A stretch of DNA of 64,000 nucleotides from Chloroflexota bacterium (GTDB lineage: Bacteria; Chloroflexota; Dehalococcoidia; Bin125), in assembly GCA_028875225.1 (NCBI GenBank), contig JAPPFB010000021.1, positions 225,831 through 289,830 on the forward strand, written 5' to 3'. The position numbers were made by a program, and so were the translations under genes. The first letter of the stretch is position 1, and each line of letters opens with the position of its first letter. Of this stretch, positions 1 through 9,976 are shown in pieces. Below the pieces are notes generated by a model, which saw only the letters and a list, made by a program, of their open reading frames with translations, ran no database searches and had not been told where the DNA came from.

Positions 1-303
1 GGCATTATCCGTCTCATCTTCAGCGGCGAAGGTTCGGATCAGAGCATCACTTTGACGGCGAGAGCGGAGGAGCTGGGCAATCACCGCGGCCGCGTCGATG
101 CCGTGATCGAAGGAGACAACTCACGGATCGCGTACAACGTCCGCTACCTGCAGGATGTGCTGCAGATCGCCAGCGGCGCATCATCTGCGGAGATCGCCAT
201 GGAAACCAGCGGCCCCAGCAATCCCGGCGTCTTCCGGGTGGTCGGCCGCGACAACTATGTGCATGTGCTCATGCCCATGTTCGTCCAGTGGGAGGACGCC
301 TAG
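1..303 (+). CDS. dnaN: DNA polymerase III beta sliding clamp, C-terminal fragment (5-prime truncated by window)
   Basis: Frame open from nt 1; C-terminal motifs ...IAYNVRYLQDVLQ...VHVLMPM typical of the DnaN C-terminus. Confidence 0.65.
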   Translation, partial: GIIRLIFSGEGSDQSITLTARAEELGNHRGRVDAVIEGDNSRIAYNVRYLQDVLQIASGASSAEIAMETSGPSNPGVFRVVGRDNYVHVLMPMFVQWEDA

Positions 304-330
304 GCCGGCCTGAATGTCCCAGGGTGCATC

Positions 331-591
331 GTGGCTGAATGGGAGATCAAGGCGGTTGGTCGCGACCGCGTCGGCAACTCGCTCACATTCTGCGGCGATG
401 AACCGTTCAACTGGAGAGTCTGGATTCTCGACCTGATCGACGATATTGAAGGTCGGCGCCACAGCTACTTCGTCTGCGGCAGCCAGGGACAACGAGTTGA
501 GGTCATCGTCGCGGTCGAGGCGCAGGGCAAAATCGTGAGAACCCACCCCGATGCCGGAGATGATTTGCTGGCGCAGTTGCCTCGCTGTTGA
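331..591 (+). CDS. hypothetical small protein (86 aa), GTG start
   Basis: ORF between dnaN and addB-like gene, protein-like composition, overlaps next start by 4 nt. Confidence 0.4.
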   Translation: MAEWEIKAVGRDRVGNSLTFCGDEPFNWRVWILDLIDDIEGRRHSYFVCGSQGQRVEVIVAVEAQGKIVRTHPDAGDDLLAQLPRC

Positions 592-3500
592 ACGAAAGCC
601 GTATCGGCATGTCCCTGACGGTCTCTGCTCACTCGTATGGACAGGACGCAGAGCGGGCGCTGATCGAAGCGATCGATCGCCTCAAGACCGTTTCCGGCCG
701 GCGTGATCCGCTGGCGCCGGTCACGGTCGTCGTCCCCTCGCCGCTCGCCGGGTACCACATCCGTCGCTCCCTGGGTCGCCGACCCGGGGGCGTGGTCAAT
801 GTCCAGGTCAAGCCGTTGCGAGCGCTGATCGAGCTGATCGGCTCGGCGCCGTTGGCCAATCAGGGACGCAGGCCGCTGCCGGCGCCGCTGCGCGCCGAGA
901 CCATTCGCAACGTCGTTCAGGACGGCGCGTCGGTCTTCGGCGATGTGCCAATTGATGGTCCGCTCCTGGATCACGTGATGCAGCGGTTCGACGAATTCGA
1001 TGAGCTTGATCTCTCGCAGCTCGATGTCATCGAAGCTCAGGCTGGACTGCCGGCGTACCTGGTCGGCAGGTACCGTGCTGTGCTGGAACGCACCCGGGAC
1101 TACTACACGGATCGCGATCTGGCGGAATCCGCCACGCAGGCGCTGGAGAGCCAGCCAGTCGCGCTGCGCGACATCGGCGCCGTGATCGTCTATCTCCCCC
1201 GGCAGTTGAGCGCTTCGCATCGGGCATTTGTGCAAAAGCTCGCAGGCTGCGCCACTGTCGAGATCTTGCTCGGCCTGACCGCTGATCGCGAGACCGTCGA
1301 CCGACACGTCCTGGCATCCTGGGTGCAGGATCCGGACGCCGAATCCGGGGAGATTCCCCTGGCTCAGCAGGTCGTCCAGTCACCGGACGCCGAGGAGGAG
1401 GTTCGCTCGGCGATCCGCCAGATTGCGGCGTCTCTGGTTGCTGACACGCCGATCCCATTGCATCGGACGGCCATTCTCTACCGCCAGGCGGAGCCGTACC
1501 AACGAATCTGCGCCGAACAGCTCGACTCCGCCGGATTCATCTGGAACGGACCGTCCTCTCAAACCCTGGCGCAGTCAATCGCCGGGCGGACGCTAGTTGG
1601 TCTGATCGGGCTCATGTCCGAGTCGTCGATCAGTTGGTTAAGCGACGTCGCGCCCTGGTTGGCTGCTGCCCCGATCAGCGACGCCCACGGAGAACCGGCG
1701 CCGATCGCGCGTTGGAATCAACTCGCTCGCCGGGCCAATCTGCACCGCAATCCCCAGGATTGGACGACGCGCCTCAACCAGTACCGAGCGGCCTGTGCCG
1801 CCGATCTTGAGCGCCTCAGTCGCGTCGCGGATGAGAGCAAACCGGGACGCCGGGCCTGGGTCGACTCGGAGATCCGCGAGTTGGACGACTTCGCCGACTT
1901 TGTTGTTCAGGTTGCCGGTGTCGCCCTGAACACGCCTCCTCACGCGAGGTGGTCGGCATACGTCCAACAGGCGCGGAGCCTGTTGGAGCTGTTGCTCGGA
2001 ACCCGCAGCCGATTCGCCGCCCACATGCTGGATGACGAGGACATCGAACTCGCGCGCTGGGATGACGTCCAGCAGCTGTTGACCGAACTGTCCTGGCTCG
2101 ACGCCCTCGGAGACGCCAAGCCGGAGCGCTTCGCGTCCGCCGTGCGCCGAGGCCTCGGCCGGTCGGCCGGTCATCACGGCCGCTTTGGAGATGGCGTCTA
2201 CGTCGGTCCGTTGAGCTCCGCCGTCGGTCTGCGCTGGGATGTCGTCTACATCGTCGGCGCTGCCGAGAAGTCGCTGCCACAGCGCGGATCAGAGGATCCG
2301 TTACTGCCCGAACCGCTCCGCGTGCGCGCCACACTACCTGTCGCGGCGGATCAATCGCGCCGGGAACGTGCCGACTTCCTGGTCGCGTTGCACGCAGCCG
2401 ATCACCGCGTCCTGAGCTATCCGAGGGCTGACCTGCGATCCCAGAAGGCGAGGTTGCCCGGCCGATGGCTGTTGGAGTCAGCGACCGAGCTGAACGCCGG
2501 CGGACGAGTCTACGCCTCTCAGATCGATCGTGCGCCGGCTCAAGTTGTCGAAGCGACGCCTTCGTTCGAAGGTTCTGTCATCGGCGCCGCCATGCCGGCC
2601 GACCTCCAGGAATTCGATCTGAAGAGCATTCGCCGCTCTCGACGACCCCAACACCACTATCTCTCCAACAGATTCCATTCCCTGGGCCGGGGACTGATTC
2701 AGCGACGTGAGCGCTGGCGACCTCTGCTGACCCGCTGGGACGGTCTCATTGCCGAAGGCGCTTCTGAGGTCATTGCCCGGCCGCATTCAGCCGGCGCGTT
2801 GCAGGACTGGGCCACCTGTCCCTACCGCTACTTCCTTGGCCGCGTGTTGCGGATCGAAGAACGCGATGATCTTCGAGACGACCTGCAGATCACGGCTCTC
2901 GACAAGGGCTCGTTGATCCACGACATCCTCGACCAGTTTCTTCGCCAGGTGACCGCCCAACCGGCATCCGGCACCCGCTGGTCAACGGACGATCGACGAC
3001 GCCTCGAAGCCATCGCGAACAGAACGCTCGACGAGGCGCATCAGCAGGGCCTGACGGGACGTGAACTGCTCTGGCGCCGAGAACGACAGCGAATTCTCGA
3101 CGATCTGCGGACCTTGCTCGAACAGGACGACGAACACCGCAACAGATTCCATGCCGTACAGGTCGACAGCGAGTTGGTCTTCGGAGATCTGCCCGAGAGC
3201 AAGTCGCCGGTTGGCTTCAGGCTCGACGGCGGCGACATCCTCCAGCTGCGAGGCATCATCGACAGAATTGACCGATCGACAACAGGCGGCCGGCTGACGG
3301 TGATCGACTACAAGACCGGCAGCGAGCGGCCGAAACTGTCCCAGCTTCGTGATGACCCCGTGGTCGGCGGTCGCTACCTGCAGCTGCCGATTTACGCGCT
3401 GGCCGCGCGCCGGGTCTATGACCTCGCAGCTGAAGCGACCGTCGGATCTGCCTATTGGTTCATCAGTGACCGGGCCGGGTTCAAGTACAACCCCGTCGAC

Positions 3501-3755
3501 TGGGATCGGGAGAACACCGAACGATTCGAGCGGGCGATCAACCTGATTGTCGAGAACATCCGACTGGGAAGATTCCCGGCCAACCCAGGAACCGACGATC
3601 ACCGCGACCCGGGTTCGAGCTGCCGCTACTGCAGCTTCGACGCAATCTGCCCGGTTGATCGGTCAGTCCGCTGGAAGCAAACCAGGCGCGATCCGGCCCT
3701 TGCCGAGTATCTCGAGCTCGCAGAAGGGCCGACCGAAGTGGAGGAAGAGGCATGA
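588..3755 (+). CDS. addB: AddB/RexB-like helicase-nuclease subunit (RecB-family PD-(D/E)XK nuclease with C-terminal Cys cluster; no Walker A seen)
   Basis: C-terminal VIDYKTG nuclease motif and CRYCSFDAIC Cys cluster; stop overlaps addA-like start (ATGA); alternative ATG start at 609. Confidence 0.7.
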   Translation: MNESRIGMSLTVSAHSYGQDAERALIEAIDRLKTVSGRRDPLAPVTVVVPSPLAGYHIRRSLGRRPGGVVNVQVKPLRALIELIGSAPLANQGRRPLPAPLRAETIRNVVQDGASVFGDVPIDGPLLDHVMQRFDEFDELDLSQLDVIEAQAGLPAYLVGRYRAVLERTRDYYTDRDLAESATQALESQPVALRDIGAVIVYLPRQLSASHRAFVQKLAGCATVEILLGLTADRETVDRHVLASWVQDPDAESGEIPLAQQVVQSPDAEEEVRSAIRQIAASLVADTPIPLHRTAILYRQAEPYQRICAEQLDSAGFIWNGPSSQTLAQSIAGRTLVGLIGLMSESSISWLSDVAPWLAAAPISDAHGEPAPIARWNQLARRANLHRNPQDWTTRLNQYRAACAADLERLSRVADESKPGRRAWVDSEIRELDDFADFVVQVAGVALNTPPHARWSAYVQQARSLLELLLGTRSRFAAHMLDDEDIELARWDDVQQLLTELSWLDALGDAKPERFASAVRRGLGRSAGHHGRFGDGVYVGPLSSAVGLRWDVVYIVGAAEKSLPQRGSEDPLLPEPLRVRATLPVAADQSRRERADFLVALHAADHRVLSYPRADLRSQKARLPGRWLLESATELNAGGRVYASQIDRAPAQVVEATPSFEGSVIGAAMPADLQEFDLKSIRRSRRPQHHYLSNRFHSLGRGLIQRRERWRPLLTRWDGLIAEGASEVIARPHSAGALQDWATCPYRYFLGRVLRIEERDDLRDDLQITALDKGSLIHDILDQFLRQVTAQPASGTRWSTDDRRRLEAIANRTLDEAHQQGLTGRELLWRRERQRILDDLRTLLEQDDEHRNRFHAVQVDSELVFGDLPESKSPVGFRLDGGDILQLRGIIDRIDRSTTGGRLTVIDYKTGSERPKLSQLRDDPVVGGRYLQLPIYALAARRVYDLAAEATVGSAYWFISDRAGFKYNPVDWDRENTERFERAINLIVENIRLGRFPANPGTDDHRDPGSSCRYCSFDAICPVDRSVRWKQTRRDPALAEYLELAEGPTEVEEEA

Positions 3756-6700
3756 CGCTCGCCGACCAGGAGGCACGCGAGCGCATTGAACACAGCCTCG
3801 ATGAGACGTTGTTCGTCGAAGCCGGTGCGGGCACCGGTAAGACGCATCAACTCGTGCAGCGCATCGTCAATCTGATTGCCAGCAGCCAGGTACAGGCAAA
3901 CGAGATCGCCGCGATTACGTTCACCGAAAAGGCGGCCTCCGAACTCTACGACAGAATCCTGGAGGAACTGGATCGGCAGCGCGAGGCAGCGACCGATCCG
4001 GATCAGGCCGCGCTCTACGCGGTCGCCGCCGAACAGCTCGAACAGGCCGCGATCGAGACGCTGCATGCGTTTGCCGCACGCATCCTCAGGTTGCATCCGC
4101 TCGAAGCCGGATTGCCCCCGGGCTTCCGAATCCTCGATGAGTCGGAGGCGTTGCTCTCGTTCAACCGCCGTTGGCAGGACGCATTGGACGAGATCCTTGA
4201 GGACGAGTCATTGGCCGAACCGCTGCTGGCCGCGCTCGATCAGCGCATGACGCTTGAGCACCTGAAGGAACTGGCCGCGGCATTGCACTCCGACTGGGAT
4301 CGAGCCGAATCACAGTCCGCGGAGCTGCAGCCGCCTGATTTGCCTCAAACTGTCGTTGAGATCTCAGCGCCGCTTCGATCGATTACATCGTTGCGGTTCG
4401 ATTGTGACGAACCGGGAGACAAGCTGGCGCAGAATCTGGAGCGCATGGAACGCGTCCTGGATCAGGTGCGGATCATGGCCAATCGTGATCCATCGGGCGC
4501 GGAATTGAGACGCTACCTCCGCAAAGCAGACTTCAAGGTGGGCCCGGGTCGCGGAGGTCGCGCGGCCGCCTGGGGCGGAGCCGAGCGAGTCAAGGAGATC
4601 AAGGAGCGTCTCACAGCGCAGAAGCAACTTCCGGGCCTGTTGTTGGCAGCGGCCTTCGAGCCCGTGCTCGCGCCGATTCACAACGCCCTTCGTGCCTTCG
4701 TGATCGCATACGCCGATGAACGAAGGCGCATGGGTGAGCTGGAGTTCCAGGATCTCCTGATCCGCGCCAGCCGGCTGCTGGAATCGCATGAGGGCGTCGC
4801 GCTCGCCGTTCGCAGTCGTTTCAAGCGCCTGCTGATCGATGAGTTTCAGGACAACGATCCGCTGCAAACGCGAATCATCGACGCCATCACGCAACACGAG
4901 CATGGACGTGCCTTCTATGTCGGCGATCCCAAGCAATCGATCTACCGATTTCGCCGCGCCGACATCCAACAGTTCAACCGGGTCAAGCACGATCAGCAGG
5001 ACGGCCTGACGAAGCTGACGCAGAACTTTCGCTCCGCGCCGGGTGTCACGGCGTTCGTCAACGCAGTCTTTCGGCCCCTGATGGCCGAAGGCGCACCGGA
5101 CCAGGCCGCCTGGGAAGACCTGAACCCGGACCGCGGGCCGATGGCTGACGTTGATCACGCGGTCACCGTGGTTGGCACAGATTATGAGGGTCCGGTCGAC
5201 GCCACCCGTGTCTTGGAGGCCGATGCGCTCGCGCGGATCATCGCCGACATCACCGCATCGCGCTGGCAGGTCTACGACCGGGCCGTCGAAGCATGCCGCG
5301 ACGCGCGGTTCGCCGATACCGCCGTCCTCGTGCCCACCAGAACCGGACTCAGACATCTGCTGCCTGCGCTGGAGGAACGCGACATTCCCTATCGACTGGA
5401 GAGCCGCTCGCTCGTTTACGGCACACGGGAGATTCGCGATCTGTTGAATCTGCTCCGCGCCATCGACGATCCGACCGATCAGATAGCCCTCGTCGCCGCG
5501 TTGCGCTCTCCGGCGTTCGCCTGTGCGGACGATGATCTTCACCGCTGGCGACAGGCGGGCGGGCACTGGGACTACCGTCGGCCGACTCCAACGGGCGTGC
5601 CTGACGACGATCCGGTCGCCGACTCGCAGCGTTGGCTCGGTCGACTGGCCGGCCGGCGCTGGCAGTTGTCGGTCAGCGAACTCGTTGGTCTCTGTATCCG
5701 AGAGCGCCGACTCATGGAGCTGGCAGTGGCCGAACGCCAGCCGCGGGAATCGTGGGCTCGCTATCGCTTCCTGCACGATCAGGCGCGCGCCTTCTGCGAC
5801 GGCGGCGGTTCCACCCTCGGCGAGTTCCTCGACTGGGCTGAACACCAGGCTGAGGCCGACACCCAGGTGATCGAGTCGGTCGTGCCGGAGGAAGACCACG
5901 ACACGGTGCGGATCATGACGATTCACGCGGCGAAGGGTCTCGAGTTCCCAATCGTCGTCTTCGCCGGACTCAATACGCAGCCGCGAAGCGATCCCCCGCG
6001 GCTGCTCTGGAGCCAGGACGGGCGTCCGGAGATCCACCTGAGCGGCGACCTCCAGACCTCCGGCTTCGCCACGCTGAGGAAGCGCGAAGACAAGCTGCAG
6101 CAAGACGAGTACGTACGCCGCAACTATGTGGCCGCCACGCGGGCGCGGGATCACCTGATCGTCAGTCTCTATCGCAAGACCGGCCAGCGTTGTGACGCTC
6201 GAGTCATTGCTGACGTACTTCAGGAGTTCGCTGTTCCCTGCCATGTCCTGGAGCCGGATCAGATTCCCGATCCACCGAGACCAGAGACGTCGTCCTCAGC
6301 GGAACCCGAGTCAGACACATGGGCGGATCGCGAGAAGTGGATCGCGCAACGCGCTGATGCGGTCCGGCGTCTCTCGATCCTGCCTCACGAATCGGCGACC
6401 GGCGTCGTCCGGCTTGCGAGTGGAGAAACGGAGCAACGGGAACGTCAGCCGAATCACGAACCGGACGACGGCCTGCCGCCGTGGCGTCGAGGCCGAGCCG
6501 GCACGGCAATCGGACGTGCGACGCACGCGGTCTTGCAGGTGGTCGACCTACGACATCCAGACGATGCGGAGATACGCCAGGCGGCGAACGCCCAGGCGGC
6601 GGCCGAGTCGCTGAGCGGCCCGGCCGCCGACGCGGTGGGACGCCTCGCGTTGCGTGCGACCCGCAACACCGTGGTCAGGCAGGCGGTCTCCGCCGATCGA

Positions 6701-7054
6701 TACTGGCGCGAACTCTACGCCGCCGCCGAGGTCGACGGCGTCCTGCTCGACGGCTTCATCGATCTTCTCTACGAGTTGCCCAACGGCAATCTCGTCGTCG
6801 TCGACTACAAGACAGACGCGCTGCAGGCGGGTGAATCGCTCGCCGCAGCTGTCGAGCGCTATCGCCTGCAGGCCGCCGCGTACGCGCTCATTCTTCAGGA
6901 GTCGTTGGGCCGAACGGTGGAGCGCTGTGTCCTGCTGTTTCTGGAACCGAACGAGACCGTGGAGATCGCCAACCTGTCTGAATCGATCGCGGACGCGCGC
7001 GCCGCCCTGGCGACGCTGGCCGCGCCTGACATTGGGCGTCGCGCTACCGGGTGA
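3752..7054 (+). CDS. addA: AddA/RexA-like UvrD-family helicase with C-terminal RecB-type nuclease
   Basis: Walker A AGAGTGKT, DEFQD, QNFRS, TIHAAKGLEF, VAATRAR helicase motifs; C-terminal VVVDYKTD nuclease motif. Confidence 0.8.
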   Translation: MTLADQEARERIEHSLDETLFVEAGAGTGKTHQLVQRIVNLIASSQVQANEIAAITFTEKAASELYDRILEELDRQREAATDPDQAALYAVAAEQLEQAAIETLHAFAARILRLHPLEAGLPPGFRILDESEALLSFNRRWQDALDEILEDESLAEPLLAALDQRMTLEHLKELAAALHSDWDRAESQSAELQPPDLPQTVVEISAPLRSITSLRFDCDEPGDKLAQNLERMERVLDQVRIMANRDPSGAELRRYLRKADFKVGPGRGGRAAAWGGAERVKEIKERLTAQKQLPGLLLAAAFEPVLAPIHNALRAFVIAYADERRRMGELEFQDLLIRASRLLESHEGVALAVRSRFKRLLIDEFQDNDPLQTRIIDAITQHEHGRAFYVGDPKQSIYRFRRADIQQFNRVKHDQQDGLTKLTQNFRSAPGVTAFVNAVFRPLMAEGAPDQAAWEDLNPDRGPMADVDHAVTVVGTDYEGPVDATRVLEADALARIIADITASRWQVYDRAVEACRDARFADTAVLVPTRTGLRHLLPALEERDIPYRLESRSLVYGTREIRDLLNLLRAIDDPTDQIALVAALRSPAFACADDDLHRWRQAGGHWDYRRPTPTGVPDDDPVADSQRWLGRLAGRRWQLSVSELVGLCIRERRLMELAVAERQPRESWARYRFLHDQARAFCDGGGSTLGEFLDWAEHQAEADTQVIESVVPEEDHDTVRIMTIHAAKGLEFPIVVFAGLNTQPRSDPPRLLWSQDGRPEIHLSGDLQTSGFATLRKREDKLQQDEYVRRNYVAATRARDHLIVSLYRKTGQRCDARVIADVLQEFAVPCHVLEPDQIPDPPRPETSSSAEPESDTWADREKWIAQRADAVRRLSILPHESATGVVRLASGETEQRERQPNHEPDDGLPPWRRGRAGTAIGRATHAVLQVVDLRHPDDAEIRQAANAQAAAESLSGPAADAVGRLALRATRNTVVRQAVSADRYWRELYAAAEVDGVLLDGFIDLLYELPNGNLVVVDYKTDALQAGESLAAAVERYRLQAAAYALILQESLGRTVERCVLLFLEPNETVEIANLSESIADARAALATLAAPDIGRRATG

Positions 7055-7082
7055 CTTGACGGCGGCTCGCTAGGCTCATGCC

Positions 7083-8078
7083 ATGGCGGTCTATCTGTTC
7101 CACGGCGAGGATCGGTTTGCCCGGCTGGAGGCCGTGGCCGCATTGCGGCGAGAACACGACGCCGACGGCGCGCTGGCGAACAACTCGGTCAGCTTCGACG
7201 GGGCACGACTCTCTGTGGGCGAGCTGGGCGCGGCCGTCTCGGCGGCGCCATTTCTTGGTGGCGTCCGATGGGTGCGAGTCGACGGGCTCTGCGCGCGATT
7301 CGGCGTGGCGCGGCGCGGCGGCCGCCAGCTGGGTGAATGGGATGGGCTCTCCGGCATGTTGGAGCAGATTCCGCCGACGACGGTCCTCGTCTTCGTCGAA
7401 GACGTCTTGCGGCGCGGCAATCCGATGCTCCAATTGCTCGAGCCCATCGCCGATACGCGAGAGTTTGCCCGGCTCAAACCCGAGGAAGCGTTTGAATGGC
7501 TGCGCGGCGAGGTGCGCCGCCGCAACCTGCATCTGACCCGCAACGCGGCCCAGGCGTTGGTCGAACGCACAGGCGGCGACCGAGGATCGCTGACCCAGGC
7601 CATCGACAAGCTCTCGCTCTACGCGGGCGACGCGAATGTCGACCAGACCATTGTTGAAGCGATGGTGCCGGCAACCCGCTCGGTTTCGATATTCAACCTG
7701 GTCGATGCCGTGGCTGAGCGACGCCTCGCCGATGCCATGCGGGCCCTGGACGGCGTCAGAGCCGAAGGCGAGCCGGAAGCGCGAATCATCCAGATGTTGG
7801 CGCGTACCTACCGGCAAATTGTCGTCACCAGGGAAGTGATCGATCGGGGCGGTTCCAATGAAGAGATTCAACAGGCGGCCCGGGCAAACTTCGCCTGGCT
7901 GGCTCGACGCTTGCGACGGCAAGCACAGTCCTACACGCAAGCATCGGCCGATGCGGCGTTGGCGCGGATCCTTGAGGCTGAAGAGGCGATCATCGACTAC
8001 CGACGTGCCGACGGGGGCCTGCCCGAGGATGTGGCCGTGGAACTGCTGATTGCCGATCTGGCCGGCGCCGAGCGCTGA
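7083..8078 (+). CDS. holA: DNA polymerase III delta subunit
   Basis: N-terminus VYLFHGED..., about 330 aa, delta-like layout. Confidence 0.6.
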   Translation: MAVYLFHGEDRFARLEAVAALRREHDADGALANNSVSFDGARLSVGELGAAVSAAPFLGGVRWVRVDGLCARFGVARRGGRQLGEWDGLSGMLEQIPPTTVLVFVEDVLRRGNPMLQLLEPIADTREFARLKPEEAFEWLRGEVRRRNLHLTRNAAQALVERTGGDRGSLTQAIDKLSLYAGDANVDQTIVEAMVPATRSVSIFNLVDAVAERRLADAMRALDGVRAEGEPEARIIQMLARTYRQIVVTREVIDRGGSNEEIQQAARANFAWLARRLRRQAQSYTQASADAALARILEAEEAIIDYRRADGGLPEDVAVELLIADLAGAER

Positions 8079-8086
8079 GAGCGGCC

Positions 8087-9079
8087 TCAGACCTCGAGCA
8101 CCGGGTTGTAGCAGGCCACCCGTTGCCTGATCCGGCCGCCGACGACCTCGCTCAGGGCCGGCTCGCCGTCGGTCCGGCACTTGGTCAGTGCCTTGGGGCA
8201 GCGATCGAGATAGGCGCAATGTTCACCGATCTCCGCGCTGGTGAGGTCGGGCAATCCGCCCGGGATCTGACGCAGCCGCGACCCGCGCCGCCGGTCCAGC
8301 CGCGGCAGCGTATCCAGCAGCGCCCAGGTGTACGGATGACGCGGCTGACGATAGAGCGGAATCACGTCGTCCACTTCCATCATGCTGCCCGCGTAGATGA
8401 TCGCCACCCGTTCGGCGATCTGCGCGACGACGCCCATGTCGTGCGTGATCAGCAGAATCGCCGTGCCGCGTTCGTCCCGCAGCCGCTCGAGTTCGTAGAG
8501 AATCTGGGCCTGGACGGTGACGTCGAGCGACGCGGTCGGTTCGTCTGCGATCAGTACCTGCGGATCGAGCGCCGTAGCGATCGCAATCATGATCCGCTGG
8601 CACATCCCGCCGGACAGCTCGCCCGGATACGATTTCGCCACCCTGATTGGATCCGGTAGTCGCATCGCGTTCAGCGCCTCGAGCGATCGCTCGCGGGCTT
8701 CGTTCTTGGTCACCGTGCGGTGCGACGTGATCACCTCTTCCACCTGTTGTCCGACGGTGATGATCGGATTCAGCCCGGCGATGGGATCCTGGAAGATCAT
8801 CGAGATCTGGTCACCGCGGATGCGTTGCAACTCCTGCCGGTCCATCTGGCCGACGTCGCGATGCTCGTAGCGAATCGTCCCGCTGGTCTGGTTGGCGTTG
8901 CGCGGCAGAATGCGCAGGATGCCCAGTCCCAGGGTGGTCTTGCCGGAACCACTCTCACCGACCAGGGCGACAATCTCGCCCCGTTCCAGCGACAACGACG
9001 CCCCGCGCACGGCCCGCACTGGGCCTTCGCGCGTGTTGTACTCAATGCTGACGTCGTCGATGGTCAGGACAGGCGGCAC
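8087..9079 (-). CDS. ABC transporter ATP-binding protein, OppD/DppD-like, orphan (no permease adjacent)
   Basis: Walker A GESGSGKTT, ABC signature LSGGMCQR, Walker B ILIADE; long ORF N-terminus (to 9310) is Arg/Cys-rich and likely untranslated; GTG start near 9079. Confidence 0.8.
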   Translation of the reverse strand: MPPVLTIDDVSIEYNTREGPVRAVRGASLSLERGEIVALVGESGSGKTTLGLGILRILPRNANQTSGTIRYEHRDVGQMDRQELQRIRGDQISMIFQDPIAGLNPIITVGQQVEEVITSHRTVTKNEARERSLEALNAMRLPDPIRVAKSYPGELSGGMCQRIMIAIATALDPQVLIADEPTASLDVTVQAQILYELERLRDERGTAILLITHDMGVVAQIAERVAIIYAGSMMEVDDVIPLYRQPRHPYTWALLDTLPRLDRRRGSRLRQIPGGLPDLTSAEIGEHCAYLDRCPKALTKCRTDGEPALSEVVGGRIRQRVACYNPVLEV

Positions 9080-9128
9080 GCCATCAGTGTATGCACTTGC
9101 CGGAGTAGCAACACCGGGAAACGGTCGC

Positions 9129-9854
9129 CTACTGCGGTCGACGAATGATCGAGACGACCCGGCCCTGGATCTGCATGTTCGATTCGTCGGTGAACATCGG
9201 ATCCATGGTTGGGTTCTCGGGTTGGAGTCGCACCTGGCCCTGTTCGTAGTACAGGCGCTTGAGCGTGCAAATGTTCTCCTCGCGCAACCAGACCGCGGCC
9301 ATCTGACCATTGGAGATGTGTTGCGCCTCTTCCAGGATCACGGTGTCGTTGTCCGCGATCAGGGCGTCGATCATCGAGTCGCCGCGCACGGTGAGCGCGA
9401 ACACACTCTCAGGATCGCGGCCGGCCAGCATGTCCGACGTGACGGCGATCTTGCTTTCGGCGTGTTCAACGTCAACACCCTCGGGAACCAACGAGCGAGT
9501 GCCGGCCGCGATCGATCCGAGCAACGGCACCGCGAGCGAGGCCACGCTCGGCTCCAGCTGGGCCGGCTGCACCGGATCGACCGGCTGGGTCAGCGAGATC
9601 GTGCGCGCCCGCTCGCGGTCGCGGCGAATGTGACCCTCGCGTTCGAGGATCTTCAGGTTGTAGTCGGCCACCGAGGTTGAAGACAACTGGCAACCCTCGA
9701 CGATGTCGCGCACCGAGGGCGGATAGTGATAGCGGGCGAAGTAGTCCTGCAGAAAGGCCAGGATGCGCTCCGGCTTGTCCGATCGCGGACCGCGCTTGCC
9801 GCGCCGACGCGCCTGTGGTGCATCGGGACTATTCGAGGTGGGCTGGTCTGACAT
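9129..9854 (-). CDS. lexA: LexA repressor
   Basis: wHTH N-domain, AVPLLGSIAAGT cleavage-site region, VRGDSM...K S24 peptidase motifs; ATG at 9854 preferred over ORF-track start 9914. Confidence 0.85.
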   Translation of the reverse strand: MSDQPTSNSPDAPQARRRGKRGPRSDKPERILAFLQDYFARYHYPPSVRDIVEGCQLSSTSVADYNLKILEREGHIRRDRERARTISLTQPVDPVQPAQLEPSVASLAVPLLGSIAAGTRSLVPEGVDVEHAESKIAVTSDMLAGRDPESVFALTVRGDSMIDALIADNDTVILEEAQHISNGQMAAVWLREENICTLKRLYYEQGQVRLQPENPTMDPMFTDESNMQIQGRVVSIIRRPQ

Positions 9855-9964
9855 GTTCAAGATCTCCTGTTCAATGGAGCTGTGCCGGGCGTTCGCACAG
9901 TGACGGCGATGCATAGCCGCTTAACGACATAACTGAGTATAGCATCTCTCCGAGCAGGTGTGCG

Positions 9965-9976
9965 GAACGGCCGTTC
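9965..9976. promoter_or_regulatory. Candidate SOS (Cheo-type) box GAACGGCCGTTC in divergent lexA / PIG-L promoter region
   Basis: Perfect GAAC-N4-GTTC palindrome, 111 bp upstream of lexA ATG and 82 bp upstream of the divergent gene. Confidence 0.55.

Noticed and set aside
395-406. GAACCGTTCAAC near the addB-like start, considered as an SOS box
   Set aside because: The second half-site is CAAC not GTTC, so it is not a GAAC-N4-GTTC palindrome. It also lies inside the small ORF 331..591.
4364-6244. 626-aa minus-strand ORF antisense to the addA-like gene; similar long antisense ORFs at 7044..8219, 12354..13151, 13950..14903, 15326..16591, 27212..28519, 32616..33551, 36045..36977, 43664..44386, 47186..48016, 52559..53572, 58869..60260 and 61391..62362
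   Set aside because: Arg/Gly/Ala-dominated low-complexity translations typical of out-of-frame high-GC DNA. Each lies opposite a gene with clear conserved motifs.
9855-9914. Longer lexA start at 9914 (MHRRHCANARHSS...) and extended starts for coaE (35419), the SLT protein (13631) and the OppD-like ATPase (9310)
   Set aside because: The extensions are Arg-rich and non-conserved. The internal Met or GTG coincides with the conserved family N-terminus and with reasonable spacing to the upstream gene.
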